A stretch of 64,000 bases of DNA. Origin: Haliotis cracherodii. Taxonomy: Eukaryota. The position numbers and the translations under genes were made by a program. This document shows, piece by piece, positions 1 to 11,006 of the stretch. The notes beneath the pieces were generated by a model, which did not search any database, was not told where the DNA came from, and saw nothing but the letters and a program-made list of their open reading frames with translations. The stretch lies in NCBI RefSeq assembly GCF_022045235.1, contig NW_027266270.1:4278001-4342000 (forward strand), in the 5' to 3' direction. Within the stretch, counting starts at the first letter, position 1; every line of letters begins with the position of its first letter.

Positions 1-500
1 AATCTTTATGCATAGATCTAAAAAGGGAAACAGATGAGGCAGTCTCACCGGTCTTCATTATTTCTAGTTCATGTGGAAGTGAATTGGATATTTGGAGGTT
101 ATTTAATGATAATAGATCATTGATATACCTGAAACTTAAGTTAAACCTCTTGGCCAAAATTACCTTGTTTTGGCTTGACTTTGTCAATCCGAGCAGAAAT
201 TCCGATTCATATGCATAAAGAAACAGATCCACAAGAATCTGGGCCCAGCAATATATCACTCTTTGAACGAATTTGTATGGAGATCTGGAATCCAGTACAA
301 AAGAGGAATGGACATGTCATGGAAATGAGGAAATCCATGGGCAGATTTCTTCCTCAGTTAACATTCTTGCCTTATATGTCACTTATACCACGTTCTTTGC
401 TCAAACAGTTAATGTAGTGATGCTAACTTTATCATTAATGGTTATGTTATTTACAACCTTGTCAGTGGGAACAACTGCAACCGTTTCATGTAGGGCAGCC
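1..500 (-). pseudogene. Decayed Penelope-like retroelement (Naiad-type) reverse transcriptase fragment with internal deletion
   Basis: Manual minus-strand translation gives VVPTDKVVNNI, HYINCLSKE, PLLYWIPDLHTNSFKE*YIAG, DLFLYAYESEF, FNLSFRYINDLLSLNN and PHELEI in order. These match Naiad-type PLE RT motifs (LYWIPKLHK..RYIAG; DLFLYSYE; FRYIDDVLSLNN). Stops, frameshifts and a deletion of the central RT between ~241 and ~229 are present. Confidence 0.8.
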
Positions 501-1245
501 AGACCTGGATGACATCTGGCTGGGAATGTCTCATCGTATGTTAAACACATTTAAACAAACTAAGTATGTATCTAATAAATTATTGAGTCAAATATTTGCT
601 TCACGTTTGAATAAAACATATACAGATTAATGATTATTTGGACATCAACACTCATGTGAAAATCTGATACTTCGAAATGAATTGGAACAGATAATAATAC
701 AACAGGTCGGACCTGTACACAATCACGCCCGTCCCTCATACCATTGTCTTCATCAATAGCCGAAATCGTAAAATCAAGTATGCATTAAGCAAAAATTTCT
801 TATGATCCCATCATATAATTTTCACCGCAAGTTGGACTTTAACGCCTAATGGAATCTGTTTCAGCGGTTAATCGAGACTGGTTATTCTCTGGCGTTGACG
901 TTTTATGATTATGGAAAGTGATTTGTCACTTATATTTCTAGTAATGGAAAACCTGAGGGCACACAACAGATAACAATTTTGTCTTCATCATATTCCATTA
1001 TTTCTTCGTGACGTGACACCTATCTTAATAAAAGAGAAACACACACAATAATGTTCACTGTAACCGTCGCCGTGGTATGGTATCACACAACATTGTCAAC
1101 GCTGTCACTGTCTCATACAACATAACAAGTAGAAAATAAATACGTTGTATTTCTGAATTTGAAACAAATGGGATACGGAATCTAGAATGAGTGCACGTTA
1201 TTTGGAGCTTGGTATAATCTATTCATGACACGCGAACTTCATATA

Positions 1246-1742
1246 TACTCCACAAAAAAGAAACGGAAAAATAGTAAAATCGTAAATATCTGACATTTAG
1301 TTGCCAACATCCATAATGATACAAAATTAATACCAAATATGAATTGGTCATTTCTGTATGAACTTGGATTGACTTGTGTTGAAAGAATGAGGTACTCCAG
1401 AAATTAGGTGAAAAGATGGAAAAATCGGCAAAAACCAAACCACGTGAGATCCTGTGGTGGAAACACACCAACATGACCTGCACGTGCAACATCACGTGTT
1501 AGGCTATGAAAACGCTTGGTTTTCATTTGCATACCATCACAATCTTACAGCAAGTGTATAGCTAAAACCTGCTACGACTGACGGAAGCCCTACTCAACAA
1601 CGCCATCGACAGACTGCAAATAGGAGAATCATCTTCAGCTGCAGACAGTTTTTCCAAGTCACACAAAGCACCATTACAAGACTGTGGATCCGTTATCAGA
1701 CGCATGTGACTTTCCCAGAACCGGTCGACCAAGTATCACTAT
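1246..1742 (+). mobile_element. Tc1/mariner 5' half (TIR plus N-terminal transposase fragment), cut by a SINE
   Basis: TA followed by TACTCCACAAAAAAGAAACGG terminus at 1246. 1570-1740 translates with frameshifts to LRLTEALLNNAIDRLQIGES..FQVTQSTITRLWIRYQ..DFPRTGRPSIT (paired-like HTH plus GRP motif). Confidence 0.7.
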
Positions 1743-1744
1743 TA

Positions 1745-1859
1745 GAGTGAGTGAGTGAGAGAGTGAGTATGTTTTACGCCGCTTTTAGCAATATTCCAGC
1801 AATATCACGGAGGGGGACACTAGAAATGGGCTTCACATATTGCACCCATGTCGGGAATC
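1745..1859 (-). mobile_element. tRNA-derived SINE family A, 5'-truncated
   Basis: (GAGT)n tail plus TTTTACGCCGCTTTTAGCAATATTCCAGCAATATCACGG..GGGGACAC..GAAATGGGCTTCACA, identical in layout to full copies at 39416 and 52256. Confidence 0.85.
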
Positions 1860-2074
1860 TATTATATATATACGATTTGTACATGTACAAGTATAAACAT
1901 GCAGACTTATATGCACAGAGATGTGCAACAACAAGGGGAGATTAAAGCATTTGATTAATAAAGGCAAATAACCTAAAGAATAATTTAACATTATTTGTAC
2001 AAAGACGGCTGCGAAGTCGTACACCATAATTAATGTATAGGATAGTATTCTTTTGTTGCTCGTTAGATATTTCA

Positions 2075-3098
2075 TCAAAACGGAGGAGCTTGATTAGTGT
2101 ATTGATGCTTTGGGGTAAACCTTGGAAATATTTTGTTCTGATAACAAACGTCGTTGTTGTTGTGTAGACAGGCTCTTGTGATCCGTGCTGTATGCGGCCG
2201 AGCGTTGTCCTGCTGGAATACACCGTTGCCGTTGGCTGCAATTGGAAAGACGTGTGGTAGTAGAATTTCGTTGATGTATCGTTGAGGCGTAAGATTGCCC
2301 TGGATATGGACCAAACGCCCTTCCATCATAACGCTAGACCCACCAAACCTGTCCACTTCCTGTACGCAGTCCAAGGCGTAACGTTATCCCTGACGTCTGA
2401 AGACGGGTGCTCTTCCATCCCCTCGACGGAGGAGAAATCTTGATTTGTCGCTGGACCAGACATCTCTCCATCGCAGTTGAGGCCATACACTGCGTTGATG
2501 TCGTTGTTGACGATGTTGTCGTCTCAATGTGACGCGTCGGACAGGACGTCTTATTCGTAGACCTGCTGCTCTTAAACGGTTTCGTACGGTTCTGTGCAGT
2601 CCGGGTATTTGGGATGCGGTTTAGGTGGTTGTGGTCGTGCTTTCACGTTGGTGGCAGTCGGGCGGGGTTGGTTACTCTTGGTCGTCCCGACCTTGGCCGA
2701 TCACGTGTTGACCCATGCTGTTAAAACCGATCCCATAGCCTTGTGGTGGTGCTGGGCGCTACATTGAAAACCCTGGCTACAGCTGATCGGAATTCTCCTG
2801 CCTGCAAGCGGCCTATGACGTTGTTTCTTTGCACTGCTGTTTATCTTGGTCGTTAATCTAATACCGTTCATAGTAATGCTGCACGTGCAGTACGTGCAGC
2901 TCCATGGCCCTTTTGTTAATGCACTGGGTGCGTTTTTGTCCGAATCGTACGTGTTTCCCGACTAATGGTTTCCATGTCCTTGTTGTAATCATTTTGATCC
3001 GGGAAATTTGTCTGTGACACTATAACACATTACATCTCCTCATTTCGCACCTGTTATGGCCCAAAATATCCATATTGCGTTTCTTTTTTTGAAGAGTA
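2075..3098 (-). mobile_element. Tc1/mariner element with decayed DD34E-type transposase and 5' TIR
   Basis: Terminus TACTCTTCAAAAAAAAGAAACGC at 3098 flanked by TA. The minus strand encodes ..QRNNVIGRLQAGE..VARVFNV.., DRPRSGRPRVT, CVQEVDRFGG.SVM, GNLTPQRYINEIL and FQQDNARPHTAR. The start codon is mutated and the 3' end is lost. Confidence 0.85.
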
Positions 3099-3473
3099 TA
3101 TATCTGCTTACATACGTATATTGATGACAGAATATCAATAGTAATTTCGACGTTAAATACTAGCTAGTTATCAGGACTTCGCACTCTCCCAAAAGCATGC
3201 ATCATTTATTCCATTTATCAACACACACCTGATTCCCCTCGAATCTACACAACTCGAGAAAGCCTTCTTCGGCTGAACGAAACCCTGGTATCGAGGAGTT
3301 CAGCAAGTCTCAGCTGAACGTTTCTGAAAGGGCAGTGTAGATACTTGCTAAAAGCAAAAATACAGATACTGTATTCAGAAGCATCTAATGCTGATCGAAA
3401 GTTACACGGGTAAATAAATTTTCATTTCAAGGCTGGATTTAAGTCTGCTGATCTACAACTTGCAAATGATTAA

Positions 3474-3550
3474 GAATTTCTGCTTGGATTGGCAAAATCA
3501 CAACAAGGAATTTGGCAACGAAGTTTAACTTCAGCCTCAGGTATATCGAT
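3474..3550 (+). pseudogene. Second Penelope-like RT fragment, inverted relative to the fragment at 1-500
   Basis: GAATTTCTGCTTGGATTGGCAAAATCA..TTTAACTTCAGCCTCAGGTATATCGAT (EFLLGLAKS..FNFSLRYID) aligns with the reverse complement of ~116-203. Confidence 0.65.
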
Positions 3551-4488
3551 GTTTTGAATCCATTCAATAACGGTCAAAAAGCCAGTTCCCATACATTGAT
3601 TTACCCACCTGTCAAGACTGTCAAGACACCACTTCTTGACAACCACCTCGTTTCATTCCGATCTATGCCTACAGAGTAACAAACATGTATCTACAAGACG
3701 GTGTGACAAGAGTGATGACTTCACGTTTCAAATAGTTAACTTTCCTTTGATGTCCAGCAATATTTGAGGAGCTCCAGCCTCTGGATTCTCCATTCCACAA
3801 ATGTTGATATATATTCGAGCATGCTCTTCCCACCAAGATTCCAAAGAGCGTTATACGACTGTTGCTCAAGGCCTCAAGTAAAGCTCTCAAAACGTTTTCT
3901 GGAAGAACCGTGGATGAATGTCTAAATTTGATACATCAGTGACAAAATAGATGTTTTATTATTTCTGGTGATTATGGGAATGGTTTTGTCACTATGTTTT
4001 CATGTGGAAATCCTTGTAAGATTTCTCATGTTATTGCCATGAGCTACTTGCTTTTCAATAAATATTTCAGCAGCAGCATTCTTAATTATGGGTTGTGATC
4101 CAGACATCGCAAGTCTCTTTTCCTTCACAATCACATAGCAGAACCCCAATATCCATACAGAATCACATAGCACAACTCAAATATCCATACAGAAAACATT
4201 AATCAGGTCAGGAAAATCAAAACAAAAGAACAACGCTTCACGGAGTGACATACTAGCATCTTGTGTCGTTCATGTTGCCAAACAACCCTCTGTTATCTTC
4301 TTGAGACGTAAAACATGTCATGCCTTCACAAATGCCAACGGGGTTGCGGGTCGCCTTGTCTGTATCGCGTCAATTTGCTGTGCAGATTTTCGCCTCTTAT
4401 GTGTGCTTGCAACTTATTTATGACTGTGTTCGAATCCCAAAGTATCCCCGATTTTATATCCAAACGTGTCTTGGCCCTCCCGGAATGT

Positions 4489-4650
4489 GTAAGTGAGTAT
4501 TATCTCACGCCGCTTTTATTAATACTCAAGCAATATCAGGGCGGGGAACACCAGAAAATGGCTTCACACATTGTACACGTGTTGGGATTCGAACCTGGTT
4601 CTACGGCGTGACTTGCAAACGACTTCTCCACTAGGCTACCCCACCGCATC
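4489..4650 (-). mobile_element. tRNA-derived SINE family A
   Basis: The reverse complement has A box GTAGCCTAGTGG, B box GGTTCGAATCC, body AATGTGTGAAGCC..TTTCTGGTGT and an ACTC tail. Confidence 0.85.
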
Positions 4651-4699
4651 TCTGGGCTTGTCTGGTCGACTGAAGTAAACTTTAATAAGTTGACTAAGT

Positions 4700-5278
4700 G
4701 TTCCGATCTATTCCATTCAGATAAACTTTAAATAAAAATCATATCTGTATATGTTTCTGTCAGAACCCTTGACAGACTATTCGTCAAAATAAAGAACTCT
4801 TTCGCTATCCGAAACACAAACTTAAATACGTTACCGTTGATTTGTATTAAATAACATAAACCTACACTCTTCAAAAAAGGAAATGCACGGGTAGTATGTA
4901 GTTCATTGAACCTGACTACATGAAACATCCGGTATATGAATTGAATATATGTTATTGGAAAATGTTGGTGTCCTGATATTCGACAAACGGTGCGTAGCGG
5001 ATTCTTACAAAAGTTTGCACATTGGTTTTTCGATTCATACCTCAATGAACCGAAAAAAATACACAGTCAATCCTTAAATATATCCTGAACTTTCTTGTCG
5101 ACTGTCGTAAACCATATTTAGAGGCATATATGTTCTGATCCATTCTATTTAGATAATCTTTAAATCATTCGTCAAAATAAACTCTTTGGCTATAGGTAAT
5201 TTGATTTAATGTGTTTAAATCCGAAACACAAACCTAAACACGTTCCTGTTGAATTGTATTAAATAACATAAACCTATT
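4700..5278. repeat. ~150-bp diverged direct duplication (4700-4864 vs 5132-5276) bracketing a lone Tc1-like terminus at 4863
   Basis: Shared blocks GTTC.GATC.ATTC.ATT.AGATAA, ATTCGTCAAAATAAA and TCCGAAACACAAAC.TAAA.ACGTT..TTGTATTAAATAACATAAACCTA. TACACTCTTCAAAAAAGGAAATGC starts at 4863. Confidence 0.6.
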
Positions 5279-8200
5279 TCCTGACTTTTGTTTGATTTCT
5301 TGGTCCTGCGATGACCTTTCTTCAAGGCTCCTGTTAGATGAAATACTGTCCAAAGCAGCGTTTAGCTGACCTCACTCCCTCAAGGTCCATGAAATTTGTA
5401 TACTGATGGATACAACAGATGATGTGAGGTGAACGTACTAAAGTACTGCACGTGTTCTCACTGTGAGGAAGGTAGCTATGGAATGTCAATATTTAATATA
5501 TTCTCAACGTTATCCTGAACACATTTATTTCTAAAGATTTTTAAAATTAAGGCATGATGTGGGTACCGGTGTGTCGAGATCTTAGCCAATATCTTGTAAG
5601 CGTCTTTTGATCAAATGTTTTGCTGTCCTTATGGAAGCCTTCAACAACTCCAACGTTCCTTACACATCACTCTACCTCTACATAGACGATAATAATGAAT
5701 GTTCACGTTTGATATGTGCTGTTCAGATTGTAATCCCGTCCAATCCAACATTTTCTACAGACGAATCTGCCTTATAATAATCTCTTATTCAATGATCCAT
5801 ATATAAATTCAACATGTCAGTTTTGTCGGTAATAAATGTTTCAATCATCCACTTTTCAATGCTAACTACCGGCATTGTTTGACATGACAACAAAGGAAAA
5901 CAATGTTTCCATGATTCTGCCAATAATTCCATTTCCTTCTCTTAGATCATATTGTTATTGTCTGTTTTGTATGTGTCAGAAACAATTCACATCACAGTCA
6001 CTTTGTTAGGAGGATTATTTTCAAGGATGGCAGTTTCCTCATCTAATGACAGACAAGGAGAGTGCCGAACTACGCTTTGCGTAATGATACAGTGCCTTTT
6101 TCACGCGTGTCCGCTCGGCAAAGCGCCGCCTAATCGGTGTCTGTTCGAACATTGCGCATTAATCGTTATTGCGTAAGGAGGACTCACCTAAACAAACGAC
6201 ACATGTAAACGTAAGGTTGGTCTTTTGATCACCTCGACTGATTAACTGTTACAGGATACGCGGCCCATCATAATGGTCCAATTACGTGCTAATTTCCCAA
6301 TTTCAATTCCTGCGCGGAGGGACACAGTCCACGAAGGTAGTGCTTCGATCATCCGGTCCCCTGACGTCGGGTTGATATAGCCCAAGCATGCGAAAACCTT
6401 ATCGAAATGCTATGATTGACTGGTTTGGGAATTCTGTGTGAGTGTGTGCCCCTTGAGATGGGCTTTGCCTGACATTTTCCCTTCTAAAAGACGTTACCTA
6501 TGGACAAAAAGCTTGTCGATGACGTTGATTCTTGTTTGTTTTCCTGAGAAAAGTTACGCTCACGTCAGCGTCAAATGACAGACACACGAGACCAGTTGAA
6601 AACAAAATAGCCAACTGCCTGTACACGTTTGCAGCGTAGCTGCCAGCGGAAAAAGTTGTATTTTTTCAAAATCGTATTTGGAAAACCTCCATACTCAAAA
6701 GACACAGTTAACAATATGTTGTGACGGTTGATGCTTCTTCAATACTAGGACACTCCATGGGACCGATGTAAATGTCAGGTTAATCGTTGTTGTCATTACA
6801 TCAATAGAGACAAACGTTGACTGGTTAATGCATAGCAACATAAAGTTTTAACATGGGATGCAAACAATTACTTTTTTATGTAAATTGTGTGAGTGGCGGT
6901 GACTACCGGTAGTGCAGGGCACGTTTTCCCTTTTCATCATCACTTATTATCAGGGATCCATTCATATAATTGTAACCGTATTTTCTAAGCCCAATGTAAT
7001 CTATCTCATTGGATAATAGAAAATAGGTATTCTCTGGCGTTGACGTTAAATATTGTCAATATCAGTAAACTTTTTTTCGAAAAATGGAAACATATACTTT
7101 TGAAAAACATAATACCCAGTGTTATGTGTAAATGAAAACATATAAGTTTTAGCTGTCCAGAAAATCGCGAAATCAAAATAAATATCAAACACTAACCGTA
7201 AGGCAAATATGAACAACGTGGAAAATGGATTATAAATAAATAACTCAGAACGATTAACGCCAAGCAAAGTCATTCCTACACATGGAACATTTGTTTCAAA
7301 GTAATCTGTCAAACTGAATGGTTTATATCATCTTGGTAAGCGACACAACTACAGATCAATAGTAGCAGAAACAAGGCTTGGTTCCAGATGCAGCTATACT
7401 GCCTTTCGTCGGTCGTCCTGTCCTTGGCGTTTTACTGTGTTCATACCTTGCTGATAAATGTTATTAATTCATTTTTCATAACACGCGCTACATCAAGTGA
7501 CACTTTGACTAAGCATAAATCCTGGAGAAAAGTTAATGAATAAAAGAGAAACGACCTGTTTGTCTTCAGTTGGCTAAGTATTATGCACTATTTCACACGG
7601 AGTTTACATTTCAATGACGGATTAGATTTACGGCTAAATACACTAAAGGACATTTGGGGTTGAAATGACCCCTCGTGGTAATGTCCCCTTAAATATAATG
7701 GCGTAACCTACAGTGATCGTCCTGAGAACTCGCTGTCCAGAATAACGGGGTGCGGACTGAGAAGGTTTAATTTTCATAAAACTAAGACATACGTAAGTGA
7801 AAGTTTGGGATGAAATTTAATCCAAAGAACTCTACTTCACAGTACAATGCATAGCACAAACGTCATCAATAAACTTAAGAGAGGCAGTTTCTATGCAGTT
7901 GGTATATTGCAACATACAAGAAATTCCGTGTCTGAATTTTCAACTTCGATTGACTGAATCGTGTCCATGGCAATACCTGATTGACTAAACTTTTTTCGTG
8001 TTGTGTTATTGGTGTCCGTCACCCGTCCCATGTGTGACAACAAGACATCCTGATACATGAAGCTGTGGTCTTGTCTGATTAAAACGAACACAACTGACGG
8101 CGGATATCTCCGACGATGACTGTATATGTGGAGGTTTCATGGTGAGACGTGACTGGACTTACAACAAGAAAGTAAACGGGATCCGGTTTTTGACATGCAA

Positions 8201-9827
8201 CACAAAATGAGTTGTGTCAGTCCTAATTTCTGAAAATCAGAAATTTATCATGATGAGAGGTAGGGTTAAAACCCTCGTAAGTTCTGCTTTGTCTGTTAAA
8301 GTGAGGCTGTAGGACAATCTCCCCTTCACTCTGTGTAATGTAAGGTCTTTGATCAGGCTCAGGCTTGTTACGGGCAGTTCGCCGTGTGAATGTAATCCTC
8401 CTAACACACGCCGGCTTGGTGTGATTCTGAAGTACTCACAGAAAAGTGATATGTCATAATCGATCATGATTGAAGAGTCTTAAAGTTTCGGATTTTAATA
8501 CCTGTTGGTTAAATATTAAAGATTAAGATTTTGAAATAGGACGACAGTAATAAATGTCATGTGCTAAAAAGAGCGTTGAAATATCTAAAAATACAAATTT
8601 ACATTTTGACTTTGTAATTCGGTTTGAAGAGACTAATTGTGATTCTGTTAGAGTTTGTGTCATTAATCAATTTTCATGTGAAACGTTACACCCTCCTGTC
8701 TAATCACGACTACTATACATATAATCTGACTGGTAAATAATTCAACTCAACAACAAATATATATCATGCTTATAACACCCGTGGTAGACACCGTTCACCC
8801 CGAAAGGCCTATCAGTAAAAATTGACTTACTTCTAGCTGACCATACGCTTTAAAGCAAACAAATGGATAAGCCAGTCCTCAGGAGCTACAGCCATAATAT
8901 CATTATTGCCATTTCCTGATCCATTCCTATTGGATATAAACCAACGTTCTAGTCATAAGTGTAGACACAAATCCCAAACGTCTAAGAAACGTTTTAGAAG
9001 CAGGCATAAAGCATTATCACCGACGAGCATCGCCCTCAACTTGCCAGAACCTTCCCCTAAGGAACGTCAAGATGTAGCGGAAGTTCTAAAGAGGTATAAT
9101 GTCCAGATTCACAACGAAGGCCTTAGTACAATGTCCCAGATTGGCATCCACAGAACAATGGTAGCATTGTGGGGAACATAGTGATCATTTTGTACCACAC
9201 AAAACATCAGAAACATTCCCGGTTGACAGCTGCCTGGAACTTTTACGCCAAATTTGATTCCACTCTTACCACAAGAAATATGTTCAAGAAACCATACAAT
9301 GTTTCAACGTCAAATGGGATTTTTCTTTGAAAGTAGCATTTAATTTGGCATCAGACTCTCTCCTCGAGAAGCGAAATGTAATGAAATTAACTTCTGGAAA
9401 CTAATGGGCAGTGTATACAGATGCACATAGGGCATGCCAGAAGCTTGTAACTATATATATCACTTTGTCAATGAATGAGCGTCCATATATCAACGCCTGA
9501 ACACTTATTGTAGAATACCCATCCACTTCGCCTGAAAGAGTATCCGAAAAGACGCTGATTTGAAAATCATGCACTCCTTCTGAAAGCCTCACATATACTT
9601 TTACAGTGTCTGTGAAATCTCCAGTTGTGGAGTAATATTCCATCAGCTCCGGCCTTTGGTGTCTACATTTCAAAACGTGTAAGGTACAGTCAAGCATTCC
9701 CTTTCTATGAACATTTCAAAGATCGTAAAACGAGTCTTGCTTAAAATTTGTTTGATCAAGTTTACAACATTCATGACCTTAGTGAGGCTTTCAAAACCTA
9801 TTGAGGGTCAGAGCCGTACAATGGACT

Positions 9828-11006
9828 AGAATCGGAACCTTTTGTCATCCACCCGGGACCCGCCAAGTCAGCCACGTTGACAGGTACACGCCATACACAT
9901 GTCATGATAACTCAGATATGCCGTATCGCATTATTATATGCACTTTGCTGCTGACTGCGCACCTTTCGTTGTCCGCATTACTGATCAGTAATCAATATGT
10001 ATTTTTGAATCTGATATTTGATCACTTCACGGCGACAGAAACTACATTCTTTTGTGTCTCATGTGACGTCACCAACCCGAGTTGTGACCTAGTTTTGTCA
10101 CCGAATCTTGCCTCACCTGCACGTGAAAAGTGTTTCCTTGGGGGTGACGCGATTCCCGTGGGAGTCATAACACAGCTCCTACTGTGCTCTAACGATATAG
10201 AGACAAATCCAGGCCCAATAACTCTCCAAGAAGTACAGGAGAAAATACTTGCAGAAATAGGGAGCATGAAATCGGAGTTACGAAACGTCAAAGCAGATTT
10301 AAGCACACAAATTTTAGAACTAAAGAATGACATCCACACTATCAGTTCTAAATGTGAAAAACTGGAGGAATCTGTTACAGAATTACATCGTGATCTAAAC
10401 ACTATGAAACAGAACCATGATATAATGTATGATGACATTGATGCACTTTCAGGCAAGGTGGATACAGTGTTTGATCAGATGTCAAAAATTGATCACGAAC
10501 TAGATAGACTTGAGTCCTATAGCAGACGTGATAATATCCTCATCCACGGAATACCGGAAGCTGCAGGCGATGAGAAATCAATGGCATGTAAAGATACTGT
10601 GTTATCCGTCCTCAATGAACATGCTAAATTCAAAACGTGGCAACCATTGGACATAATACGTGCGCACAGACTTGGCGTTAAACGTGTAAATGCAAATCGC
10701 CCTCGCCCAATGATTGCTAAGCTACACTCGTCTGACGACAAAGTTCGTACATTGAAAGCGAGACCCACATTCAAGGAAGGGGGACTCGGAATTTCTAGTG
10801 ACCTAACGTCACGTCAGCGTCAACAGCTTCAGGCACTTAAGGGAACAAACACTTTCGGGTATTTCAAAGATGGTCGTTTGGTAACAAAACCCCGCACCAT
10901 GGAAACAACATCAACAACGTTTAGCACTTCAAACACGACACGAGGAAGCCGATCTTCTCATAGAAGAACGGATGGAACAACAGTGTCACATGCTTCTATC
11001 AGCTAG
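9828..11006 (+). CDS. LINE ORF1: hydrophobic leader + 2A-like peptide + coiled coil + L1-ORF1-like RRM domain (5' end probably truncated; first in-element ATG at 9918)
   Basis: Heptad-rich segment LQEVQEKILAEIGSMKSELRNVKADL..LDRLE, then YSRRDNILIHGIPE, RAHRLG..RPRPMIAKL and GISSDLT, typical of L1-type ORF1p. The ORF-track start at 9801 lies in host DNA. Confidence 0.88.
   Translation, partial: RIGTFCHPPGTRQVSHVDRYTPYTCHDNSDMPYRIIICTLLLTAHLSLSALLISNQYVFLNLIFDHFTATETTFFCVSCDVTNPSCDLVLSPNLASPAREKCFLGGDAIPVGVITQLLLCSNDIETNPGPITLQEVQEKILAEIGSMKSELRNVKADLSTQILELKNDIHTISSKCEKLEESVTELHRDLNTMKQNHDIMYDDIDALSGKVDTVFDQMSKIDHELDRLESYSRRDNILIHGIPEAAGDEKSMACKDTVLSVLNEHAKFKTWQPLDIIRAHRLGVKRVNANRPRPMIAKLHSSDDKVRTLKARPTFKEGGLGISSDLTSRQRQQLQALKGTNTFGYFKDGRLVTKPRTMETTSTTFSTSNTTRGSRSSHRRTDGTTVSHASIS
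10176..10217 (+). other. 2A-like StopGo (ribosome-skipping) motif LLLCSNDIETNPG/P
   Basis: GAT ATA GAG ACA AAT CCA GGC CCA at 10194-10217 is an exact D(V/I)ExNPGP match, in frame with ORF1 and preceded by a leucine-rich tract. Confidence 0.85.

Noticed and set aside
250-262. In-frame TGA in the Naiad-like fragment as selenocysteine
   Set aside because: It falls at a position normally Arg (CGA to TGA) in a heavily decayed copy, so it is an ordinary nonsense mutation.
9000-9120. Viral RdRp motif C (MLVGDN) on the minus strand
   Set aside because: No convincing motifs A/B in frame, and the match is too short to support.
8906-9181. 91-aa ORF preserved in all three copies
   Set aside because: TTG start, no recognisable domain, and preservation is expected at this level of nucleotide identity.
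9801-9827. ORF-track start of the 401-aa ORF
   Set aside because: These bases are host sequence present in the empty-site copies, and the TTG is not part of the element.
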